A stretch of 64,000 nt of DNA, from positions 2,084-66,083 of the forward strand of contig JAQBZH010000007.1 of assembly GCA_027622005.1 (NCBI GenBank). The letters run 5' to 3'. This DNA comes from Bacteroidota bacterium. GTDB lineage: Bacteria; Bacteroidota; Rhodothermia; Rhodothermales; UBA10348. Each line of letters starts with the position of its first letter. Position 1 is the first letter of the stretch. A program made the translations under genes and the position numbers. The notes under the pieces were generated by a model. The model was not told the origin of the DNA and did no database searches. It worked only from the letters and a program-made list of their open reading frames with translations. Positions 25,869-33,659 of this stretch are shown here, piece by piece.

Positions 25869-26216
25869 CTAGGCGAAAGTCAGGGTGTCGAGGGATGGTA
25901 TCCGATCGAGTTTGGGAATCGCGCCCCAAAATCGTTCTCGTATGGAGCGGGATTCTCGTAGTATCTCGAGTCCAGCTCCCGTGGCGGTGAATACTCTTTT
26001 TCGTCTGCCACCGCGCTCGTTCGTTGCCCCTCCCATTTGGGAGCTCAAGAATCCCTTATCCTGCAATCGATAAAGGGTGGTATGAACGGCTCCAATGGTG
26101 AGTTGGCGCCCTGTCTCTTCAGTTAGTAATCGGTGCACGGTCACGCCATAAGCGTCATCAGAAAGGGCACAGACGGATAGCAAAACGAGCTCTTCTAAAT
26201 TTCCGAGTGGTTCCAT
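25869..26216 (-). CDS. PadR-family transcriptional regulator (short subtype), copy 1
   Basis: 115 aa. LEELVLLSVCALSDDAYGVTVHRLL...TIGAVHTTLYRLQDKGFLSS...RGGRRKRVFTATGAG is a typical PadR winged helix. Its stop (TAG, 25871-25869) lies 3 nt before the permease ATG (25865). Confidence 0.9.
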   Translation of the reverse strand: MEPLGNLEELVLLSVCALSDDAYGVTVHRLLTEETGRQLTIGAVHTTLYRLQDKGFLSSQMGGATNERGGRRKRVFTATGAGLEILRESRSIRERFWGAIPKLDRIPSLDTLTFA

Positions 26217-26493
26217 TGGCTATTAATGAGCGCGTGGGGCCGTAGTTTTTAGCCGCAAATTGCGCAAATCGCATCATGCGCTTTAAGCGAGGATTTTGCA
26301 CCTTACGACTATTAGATATACAAAGTTACAAGTAATAAAACGACTCTTCCTTGACAGCGCGCAGAGCGGAAAATGAACCATAGCTGGTCTTGGAGCGCTC
26401 GTCATTGCTTTGGCAACGGTCAGTTTTCAAGCGGTTCGAGCCGCTTCTGCTGACCCGGTCTCGTCGCTCAGATACGAATAACTGCGGGGCCCT

Positions 26494-29400
26494 TTATGAG
26501 CGCAATTTTGCGGTCACAAAATCCTCGGAAAGGATTCGGTCGAGAGTGGAAATTAGCTGGTCAGCGTTTTCCATGTTGAAAACCATGGGCGGTTTGATTT
26601 TCAACACATTGTGGAATGGGCCATCTGTTGAAATCAGTATTCCGTTGTCGCGCATACGGTTGGCAACATATGTTGCCTCGTGGTCGGCGGGTTCGAGGTC
26701 TACTGGGTGGCGCACGAGCTCTACTCCGATAAACAGGCCGACTCCGCGTACGTCCCCGATTATCGGGTGATGGGGGGCGAGCGAAGCGAGCCCCTTTAGG
26801 AGATGATTCCCCACTTCGAACGCATTTTTCTGGAGATGTTTTTCCTCTATTTCATCCAAAACTGCCAAACCAACAGCGCAGGAGGCGGGATTCCCTCCAA
26901 ACGTATTGAAATATTCCATGCCGTTGTTAAAAGCATCCGAAATGGCTCTCGTGGTGACGACGGCTCCGAGCGGATGTCCGTTCCCAATCGGTTTTCCGAG
27001 AACGACTATATCCGGAATGAGCGGACTGCTTTCCGTACCTGTGCCGAGAGAAGAACGATTGCCCAGCTGAAATCCCCAAAAGCTTTCGCCGGCCCGGCCC
27101 ATTCCAATCTGTACTTCGTCTGCAATGAACAGGCCACCAGCTTTTCGAACCGCTTCGGCGGCGCGCAAAAAATAGCCGGGAGGGGGTACAATTTGACCGC
27201 CGCAGCCAGGAACGGACTCGGCAATGAAGGCGGCGATAGCGTTTTCGCCAGCTACTTTTTCGACCTCCTCGGCATACTTATGTCCTGTTTCGAGCGACAT
27301 ACCCCGGAAGGCTCCCCGATACGGATCCGGCATGCTCACAACGTGCGTTCCGGCCGGTTTACCGTCACCGCCGCGACCGTTAAATTTATAAGGGCTTATT
27401 CCAATCAGTGTGGTGAGATTTCCATGATAAGCCCCATCTAAAACCATTATATCTTGACGGCGGGTGTATGCCCGGGCCAAACGAATGGCCAAGTCGTTGG
27501 CTTCGCTTCCCGAGTTAACAAAATAACAAACTTCCAGTCCCTCGGGCATCGTGGCGCTTAGTCGCCGGGAATACTCAAGCACGGTTTCGTGCAAATACCG
27601 GGTGTTCGTGGTGAGCGTTCGCATTTGACGGGTCAGTGCTTCAACCACTCTCGGATTGGAATGCCCCACGTGAGGCACGTTGTTCACGGCGTCTAAAAAT
27701 GCATGTCCATCGGCGTCAAAAAGAACCTGTTGCCATCCTCTAACGATGTGGAGCGGCTTGCGATACGAGATACTTAAAGCTGATCCGAGCCGGGCACTCC
27801 GCTGTTGCAGCAGGTCGATGATAGCGACCGAAGGGGGCGTATCCGTTTCCGTTGGTAAGCCCAGCATGCGAGCAGGACTGGGAGACAAACTAGTCCATAC
27901 GTCGCGGAGACTCGCCGCAGCCACTCCCGGAAAAGTACCCTCCAGGTCCAACAGGTCGAGTACGATCTGAAAATGCAGGTGGGGGACCCATCCGCCATTC
28001 TCTTCAAAAGAACCGAGATGCGCAAAGACTTCCCCGGCATGAACGAGCTGACCTTTTTGAACCCCGGCGACAGAGGGGTGACTCAAATGACCAAAAAGCG
28101 TCCAGAATACGGGGCCATCTTTCGGTCTATGCTCCAAAACGATACATCCACCGTAATCAAATTCTGCGTGATGGGCGCAAAAGGAGTGAACTAATCCGTC
28201 AAGCGGAGTTTGAACGGGCGTTCCCTCCGGCCGGAACAAATCCACACCAATATGGACGGTCCTCCGCTCGCCAGACGTCGTTTCGTACTGGGAGCCCGTG
28301 TAAGCCAGTCGGGGTTCATTCCACCGGCCAATCCCAACACCATCCCCTATTCGTTTCCAGACGGTTTCCGCCGCAGTCCCCGGAACAGTCAGCGCCACAG
28401 GGTCGAATTCGAGGCTGGCTGCTGAAAAATCCATTATGGTGGGCTTGGCACCCACTTTGGCCGGACGAATAACGGGCTCAAATCGACGACCGCTTTGAAC
28501 CAACCAGGATTCGAAAGCCTTTTTCGATGGAACCGGCTCAAGCCCTACAGCCGCTCGCAAACGATAATGCGCGAGGCGCGGATGCACCTGCTTTAGTCTG
28601 CGCAGGCAAGCCCAGGCATCCAATTCGGAAATGGACAAATACTCGTTTTCGGGTTCTACGGTTTTCTGTGCCGCAGACATACAAACACTTACGGCCAAAC
28701 GAGCACACACGAGCGCGAAAAAAGCGCCGACCTCAGGTTCAGACAAACCATTTTTGGAAGCATATCCTTTCGCAACCGAACACATGGCATCCACTGGGTC
28801 TCCTCTATGCAGAGCGAGATAAGCGGCTGCCACCGCAGGATTGCACACCCTGGCCGAGTAAACGATATCACCAAAATCCAAAAGCCCCGTAATTTCGCAC
28901 CCGTCTTCGTGGGGAGGGCCTACAAGGACATTATAATCGTTGGCGTCATGATGGATGACGGCTTTTGGTAGTTGCTCCCATATGGGCGAAACTTCGCTTC
29001 CGTACAGCTCAACTACAGCCTCTACTATGCTACGCTCTTCTCCGGCAAGAAGATGTATGCGATCCCCAATGGTCTGGACGGCATTAGCCAGGTCCCACAC
29101 AAAATTGGTTGGGGCGGCATCGTGCTCGAAACCTAAAAGTAGGGCATCGGCAGACCCCAAAAGAGCACCCAGTTTTTCTTCCAAGTCAGCCGTTATTGGA
29201 TTCACTTTCGCCAAAGGTCGGCCCTCCAACCACGAAACGAGGCGTACCTGATGGCGAAAATCGCCCAGAGTTACTTCGGACTGACCCAAAATGGTAGGAA
29301 CTGGTATCCCACTAGTCGCCAAAAGGGAAAGAACGGCAGCCTGACAGTCTAAAAATCCAGGGTTCTCTTCCGAATTGGATATTTTGAGAACGGCCTTTTT

Positions 29401-29547
29401 ACCGCCCGCTTCGTCGACTCGAAAATTTTGATCGCGGTCGCTAGGGAGCGAATGGGCCTTTACTGTCCAATTAAATAATTCTAATACTAGGCGCTCCGCC
29501 TCACGAGCCGATAAATTAGGACGCCCTGGTCGTATCAATTCGGGCAT
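26494..29547 (-). CDS. Three-domain fusion protein: APH-like (hydroxylysine-kinase-like) phosphotransferase + M23 peptidase domain + class-III PLP aminotransferase-fold (AGXT2L/phospho-lyase-like) domain
   Basis: 1017 aa from the ATG at 29547, which is 1 nt after the upstream TAA. The track start (TTG at 29568) gives 1024 aa, and the numbering below follows the track. The kinase domain has HHDANDYNVLV (aa 206-216) and LLDFGD (229-234). The M23 domain has HIGVDL (439-444) and PHLHFQI (529-535). The aminotransferase domain has NSGSEANDLA, FIADEVQIGMGRAG and VLGKPIGNGHPLG, with the PLP lysine codon at 26992-26994. Confidence 0.85.
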   Translation of the reverse strand: MPELIRPGRPNLSAREAERLVLELFNWTVKAHSLPSDRDQNFRVDEAGGKKAVLKISNSEENPGFLDCQAAVLSLLATSGIPVPTILGQSEVTLGDFRHQVRLVSWLEGRPLAKVNPITADLEEKLGALLGSADALLLGFEHDAAPTNFVWDLANAVQTIGDRIHLLAGEERSIVEAVVELYGSEVSPIWEQLPKAVIHHDANDYNVLVGPPHEDGCEITGLLDFGDIVYSARVCNPAVAAAYLALHRGDPVDAMCSVAKGYASKNGLSEPEVGAFFALVCARLAVSVCMSAAQKTVEPENEYLSISELDAWACLRRLKQVHPRLAHYRLRAAVGLEPVPSKKAFESWLVQSGRRFEPVIRPAKVGAKPTIMDFSAASLEFDPVALTVPGTAAETVWKRIGDGVGIGRWNEPRLAYTGSQYETTSGERRTVHIGVDLFRPEGTPVQTPLDGLVHSFCAHHAEFDYGGCIVLEHRPKDGPVFWTLFGHLSHPSVAGVQKGQLVHAGEVFAHLGSFEENGGWVPHLHFQIVLDLLDLEGTFPGVAAASLRDVWTSLSPSPARMLGLPTETDTPPSVAIIDLLQQRSARLGSALSISYRKPLHIVRGWQQVLFDADGHAFLDAVNNVPHVGHSNPRVVEALTRQMRTLTTNTRYLHETVLEYSRRLSATMPEGLEVCYFVNSGSEANDLAIRLARAYTRRQDIMVLDGAYHGNLTTLIGISPYKFNGRGGDGKPAGTHVVSMPDPYRGAFRGMSLETGHKYAEEVEKVAGENAIAAFIAESVPGCGGQIVPPPGYFLRAAEAVRKAGGLFIADEVQIGMGRAGESFWGFQLGNRSSLGTGTESSPLIPDIVVLGKPIGNGHPLGAVVTTRAISDAFNNGMEYFNTFGGNPASCAVGLAVLDEIEEKHLQKNAFEVGNHLLKGLASLAPHHPIIGDVRGVGLFIGVELVRHPVDLEPADHEATYVANRMRDNGILISTDGPFHNVLKIKPPMVFNMENADQLISTLDRILSEDFVTAKLRS

Positions 29548-29548
29548 T

Positions 29549-30787
29549 TTAGTGCCTATCGGCGTCAAAAGGCGCCATATTTTGTGATGGCTTCTGTCCA
29601 GAAACGAGCTCGGCTATCAATTTTCCCGTTACCGGGCCTAGTGTGACCCCCATCATCCCGTGGCCGGTTGCCACAAATACATTTGGATGATTCTCGAGGG
29701 CGCCGATAAAGGGCAATCCGTCGGGCGATGCTGGACGAAAACCAGCCCATGTGGATACCTTCTCAGCCCCCTGGGTGTAAGCTTCGGCCTGGCGTCGAAT
29801 GGGGCTCGCTCGCCGTTCATCGATCGAAGCGTCAAACCCCTGCAAGGCCAGAGTTCCGCCAAAGCGAATACAACCAGGCATTGGGGTTATTGTGACTTTT
29901 TCATCGGCCAGTATGCAAGGAATGCGCAAACTCGGTTTCGAAACAGGCACCGTGATACTATAACCTTTAGCAGGTTGCACCGAAATGGATTGTCCCAACT
30001 TGGATGCCATTTCCGGGGTCCAGGCTCCGGAAGCAAGTACGACATGATTGGCGGTAAATTTTCCGACCGTCGTATTGACTTCGACGCTCTGGGGAGAGGA
30101 GGTACCAAACCCCTTGACGGCGCCGTCTACAATTTTAGCTCCTCCGTCCAGCAAAACCTTCTCTAGCGCCCGTAAAAATCGCTCCGGATGGATACTGGCG
30201 TCCTGTCTGAAATATACCGACCCAGTAATGTCGGTTTTTAGGGCGGGTTCGAGGGCAAGGGTTTCGTCCCGGTTCAATCGTTCGATGTCAAGTCCCGCCG
30301 CTTCGGCCAAATCGGCCAGCTCCAAATTATCTTGACGTGCATAATCTGATCGATGGAGCATTAATAGGCCATCGTGGGCCAGTCCGACATCTTCAAAGCC
30401 TGATTCGGCGCAGATATTCTCATAAAGTGACAGGCTCATGAGACTCAAATCTCTCAAAATGGGCACGCTGTAGGCCACGTGATCAGCCGTGCAGTGTTTT
30501 TGAAACAGCCATAGCCACCTCATAAACTTCGGATTGGCACTGGGCTTAATGTAGAGGGGACTTTCCGGGTTCATTAACCATTTAATGCCCTTTGAAATGA
30601 CTCCGGGAGCTGAAAGAGGGACGATATGGCTGGGTACGATCATGCCTGCATTGCCGGTGGACGCGGCTTCCGAAAAGCGGCCCCGGTCGACAATTAGCAC
30701 GCGGGATCCTGCCTTTTGAAGATAGTAGGCGCAGCTCATGCCAATCACGCCACCACCAACCACCAATACGTCGTACTTCTCGCTCAT
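29549..30787 (-). CDS. FAD-dependent oxidoreductase (DAO family), candidate D-hydroxyproline dehydrogenase
   Basis: 412 aa with the N-terminal dinucleotide motif YDVLVVGGGVIGMSCAYYL. It sits between the proline-racemase-family gene and the fusion gene. Confidence 0.7.
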   Translation of the reverse strand: MSEKYDVLVVGGGVIGMSCAYYLQKAGSRVLIVDRGRFSEAASTGNAGMIVPSHIVPLSAPGVISKGIKWLMNPESPLYIKPSANPKFMRWLWLFQKHCTADHVAYSVPILRDLSLMSLSLYENICAESGFEDVGLAHDGLLMLHRSDYARQDNLELADLAEAAGLDIERLNRDETLALEPALKTDITGSVYFRQDASIHPERFLRALEKVLLDGGAKIVDGAVKGFGTSSPQSVEVNTTVGKFTANHVVLASGAWTPEMASKLGQSISVQPAKGYSITVPVSKPSLRIPCILADEKVTITPMPGCIRFGGTLALQGFDASIDERRASPIRRQAEAYTQGAEKVSTWAGFRPASPDGLPFIGALENHPNVFVATGHGMMGVTLGPVTGKLIAELVSGQKPSQNMAPFDADRH

Positions 30788-30816
30788 GCCTGATCTCTAA
30801 AAACTCAAGATGTTTA

Positions 30817-31818
30817 CTAAATAACTTGAAATCCGTGGGCGTAGGGGTCGTCGTCATCAATAATGATTTCGTTGTACCCCATAATACGCGCCCATCCTGA
30901 AATACTTGGGATGATCGCCTCAAATCCGGCCACGGTGGTCGTGTCTTCTACCTTTCCCACAAACTGGCTTCCAATAATGCTTTCGTGGACAAATGTATCG
31001 CCTTTACCGAGTTTTCCTTGGGCCGCCCACTGAGCCATCCGGCTGGAAGTACCAGTTCCGCAAGGTGAACGGTCGATCGCTTTATCTCCATAAAAAACGG
31101 CGTTTTTGGCGTCCGAACCTTCTCGTGTAGGTTGTCCGGTCCAAAGCATATGACTCATTCCACAAATTCGGCTATCAAGCGGATGTGTGAAATCATACAG
31201 TTCGTTCAAACGAGTTCGGACAATGGGGCTCCAGCGGATTAAATCCCCGGCAGTGTAGTTTTTGATGTCTGAGAAATTTTCTTGGGCGTCTACGATGGCG
31301 TAAAAATTGCCTCCGTATCCGACATCAACCGTTATTTCGCCCAGATCGGGGCATTCTACCTTTAGATTTTTCGCGTACAAAAACGACGGTATATTGATTA
31401 GCCGCACGTTGGTGACCCGCCCATTCTCTAGGTCATAATAGGCGTCCACGCGGCCTGCTGGGGTGTCTAGTCGAACCAAACCGGGGGTGGCCGGGGTTAC
31501 CAAACCTTCCTGAATCATTACAGTGACTGTGCCGATCGTTCCATGCCCACACATTGGCAAACAACCACTGGTTTCGATGAACAGAATGGCCACATCGCAG
31601 TCGTCGCGGGTGGGTTCGTATAAAATGGAACCCGACATCATATCGTGACCACGCGGCTCAAACATCAAACCAGTTCGAATCCAATCCCACTCGGCCAAAA
31701 AGTGCGCCCGACGCTCAATCATGCTGGAGCCGTCGAGGGTTGGCCCTCCAGCTTTTACGACCCGAACGGGGTTACCGCATGTATGGGCGTCGATACAAGT
31801 AAAACGATGTACACTCAT
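30817..31818 (-). CDS. Proline racemase family enzyme, probable 4-hydroxyproline 2-epimerase
   Basis: 333 aa. Both catalytic cysteine contexts are present (SGCLPMCGHGTIG and DRSPCGTGTSSRMA). A Cys/Cys pair is the epimerase/racemase signature, as opposed to the Cys/Thr dehydratase type. Confidence 0.85.
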   Translation of the reverse strand: MSVHRFTCIDAHTCGNPVRVVKAGGPTLDGSSMIERRAHFLAEWDWIRTGLMFEPRGHDMMSGSILYEPTRDDCDVAILFIETSGCLPMCGHGTIGTVTVMIQEGLVTPATPGLVRLDTPAGRVDAYYDLENGRVTNVRLINIPSFLYAKNLKVECPDLGEITVDVGYGGNFYAIVDAQENFSDIKNYTAGDLIRWSPIVRTRLNELYDFTHPLDSRICGMSHMLWTGQPTREGSDAKNAVFYGDKAIDRSPCGTGTSSRMAQWAAQGKLGKGDTFVHESIIGSQFVGKVEDTTTVAGFEAIIPSISGWARIMGYNEIIIDDDDPYAHGFQVI

Positions 31819-31820
31819 GG

Positions 31821-32468
31821 TTAATCGAGGTCGAGAGCCGTTCTCGTAAAGGAGATAAGGTAGTTTAGCAGCTCGTCGGAGGCTTCGCCGGCGCCTATGA
31901 CATCCCCGTTGGCTACTCCGGTCATCAATGCCGCGTGCCGTTCTGCACTTTTAAACAAGCTTCCGTGGTGCTGATGAACGGACCAAAACCGCCGACAATG
32001 TGCATGGAGTGGGCTCACGGCCTGGCAGGCATAGGGATTCCGGCTGGCTTTTGCCAAAATAAGGTCGAAGGCTTTATCGTACTTCATGAATGCGTCGGAA
32101 TTTTCGTGTAGTGAAGCCTTCACGATCGCGATAGACAATTCGCGAAGCTCTCTACGCTCGTCGGGGCTCGCACGCCGAGCCGCCTGTTCGGCAATGAGTC
32201 GGTCTAGAACCATTCGGGTTTCTAGCAGCGATAGGTATTCCGATACATTGATTTCCGTTACAACAATGCCTCGCCTGGGCATTGCCACGACTAGACGATC
32301 TCCGGATAATCGTTGGAGAGCCTCGCGAAGTGGCGTGCGGCCAATTCCTACTTGCTGGCTGAGTTGGCCCTCGGAGAACACGCTCCCCGGCGCAAGTTCG
32401 CCCGTGACAATCATGCGTTCTACAAGTTCGTAAGCTTGATCCGACAACGAGTCAGGGGTGTCGATCAT
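31821..32468 (-). CDS. GntR-family transcriptional regulator (FadR/FCD subtype)
   Basis: 215 aa. The N-terminal wHTH is AYELVERMIVTGELAPGSVFSEGQLSQQVGIGRTPLREALQRLSGDRLV. It has a C-terminal all-helical FCD-like domain. The gene is embedded in the operon with 2-nt gaps on both sides. Confidence 0.85.
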   Translation of the reverse strand: MIDTPDSLSDQAYELVERMIVTGELAPGSVFSEGQLSQQVGIGRTPLREALQRLSGDRLVVAMPRRGIVVTEINVSEYLSLLETRMVLDRLIAEQAARRASPDERRELRELSIAIVKASLHENSDAFMKYDKAFDLILAKASRNPYACQAVSPLHAHCRRFWSVHQHHGSLFKSAERHAALMTGVANGDVIGAGEASDELLNYLISFTRTALDLD

Positions 32469-32470
32469 GG

Positions 32471-33379
32471 CTAAACGTAATCAGAAACGTCTGGGCGATT
32501 GTCCAAAGCCGCCTGAATGATTCCAAGAACATGCTCCCGTTCGGCCCCGATCAGAGGAAGACGCGGAGGCCTGGTCGTTTCGGTCCCTAAACCGACCGCT
32601 ACCTCGGCTAATTTTATGTTTTGAACCAATTTGGTATTGACGTCCAGATCCAACAAGGGCTTAAACCATCGATATATTTCTCTTGCTTCCGCCACGCGAC
32701 CGGATTGAATCAAATTGTATATGGCTACGGTTTCTTCGGGGAAAGCACAAACGAGCCCGGCCACCCAACCATCGGCGCCCATTAAAAGGCTTTCCATTGC
32801 CAAATTATCTACCCCGGTAAAGAGCTGATAGCGGTCCCCCAGTCGGTTTACGATATCTGTGATGCGGCGTACATCATCCGAGGATTCTTTGATCGCGACC
32901 AACATGACCTCGTCCGCAAGCTCTTCCAACATGTCGACCGTACAATCTACCTTGTAAGCGATTGGATTGTTATAAATCATGATCGGCTTCCCGGAAGCCC
33001 CAGCGACCGTACGAAAATGGGTGAGGGTTTCCCGTCTATCGGCAGCGTACAACATGGCTGGCAGTAGCATAAACCCATCGGCTCCATTGACTTGTCCGTC
33101 CTCAACGGCATGGCACGCTTCGAGTGTTGTATTCTGCGCGACTCCCATCAAAACTGGAACGCGCCCATTAACCGTCTCAACTGCGATGCGTAGTACCTCC
33201 TGCTTTTCTTGAAACGACAGGGTGCCGGCCTCACCCAACGTTCCCGTCGTAATGATCCCATGGACCCCCGCCTTGAGTTGGGCTTCGATGCCTTTTTGGG
33301 TACCCGCATAGTCGAGCGAATAGTCGTCCTTGAATTTGGTGGTGACGGCCGGGAAAACGCCTTTCCAGTCTTCGCTCAT
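32471..33379 (-). CDS. Dihydrodipicolinate synthase/N-acetylneuraminate lyase family enzyme, candidate delta1-pyrroline-4-hydroxy-2-carboxylate deaminase
   Basis: 302 aa. GIITTGTLGEAGTLSFQEK, MIYNNP and the Schiff-base lysine context LVAIKESSDD are typical of the DapA family. The functional assignment is inferred only from the hydroxyproline-gene context. Confidence 0.7.
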   Translation of the reverse strand: MSEDWKGVFPAVTTKFKDDYSLDYAGTQKGIEAQLKAGVHGIITTGTLGEAGTLSFQEKQEVLRIAVETVNGRVPVLMGVAQNTTLEACHAVEDGQVNGADGFMLLPAMLYAADRRETLTHFRTVAGASGKPIMIYNNPIAYKVDCTVDMLEELADEVMLVAIKESSDDVRRITDIVNRLGDRYQLFTGVDNLAMESLLMGADGWVAGLVCAFPEETVAIYNLIQSGRVAEAREIYRWFKPLLDLDVNTKLVQNIKLAEVAVGLGTETTRPPRLPLIGAEREHVLGIIQAALDNRPDVSDYV

Positions 33380-33440
33380 GGTATTGAAAGTCTAGGTTGA
33401 TTCTAATGGGTCAGCAGCCAGATCTACGGCCGTTATTCCG

Positions 33441-33461
33441 TAATATATCACAAATATATTA
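33441..33461. promoter_or_regulatory. Perfect 8-bp inverted repeat TAATATAT-cacaa-ATATATTA upstream of the hyp-like operon (candidate operator)
   Basis: Read directly from the sequence. It lies 62-82 nt upstream of the first operon gene (start 33379, minus strand), in the divergent region shared with the permease gene at 33660. Confidence 0.3.
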
Positions 33462-33659
33462 AATCCTAAAATGCAACCTGGATGTGTTTTAGGCGCCGAG
33501 TTGTAAAAACTATCTTACCCATCAAACTCGTCTTCATATTAAAATGGCCTTCTGATGCCGCTCATCGATGTAACTTTTTCCTGGTAATTGTCGTGTAGAG
33601 CACCCATTAAAGCTTGCTCGATCGCCGCAGTGGCATCATTCTTTCCGCCTACATTTAAT

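Noticed and set aside
26217-26493. The 277-bp intergenic region between the fusion gene and the PadR gene as a possible sRNA locus or a gene (track ORF 26390-26770)
   Set aside because: The track ORF is mostly antisense to the fusion gene and is not protein-like. I saw only a weak hairpin (AAGCGG-n6-CCGCTT) with no T-tract, plus a possible Bacteroidetes-type -7 element (TAACTTTG on the minus strand). That is not enough to call an RNA gene or a promoter.
26803-27441. Long antisense ORFs inside large genes: 26803-27441 (212 aa), 41995-42642 (215 aa), 19679-20188 (169 aa), 29660-30166 (168 aa), 47746-48222 (158 aa) and 42536-43006 (156 aa)
   Set aside because: All lie entirely or mostly opposite strongly supported genes. 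They have Arg/Ser/Pro/Gly-biased, low-information composition typical of shadow frames, and none shows a recognisable motif.
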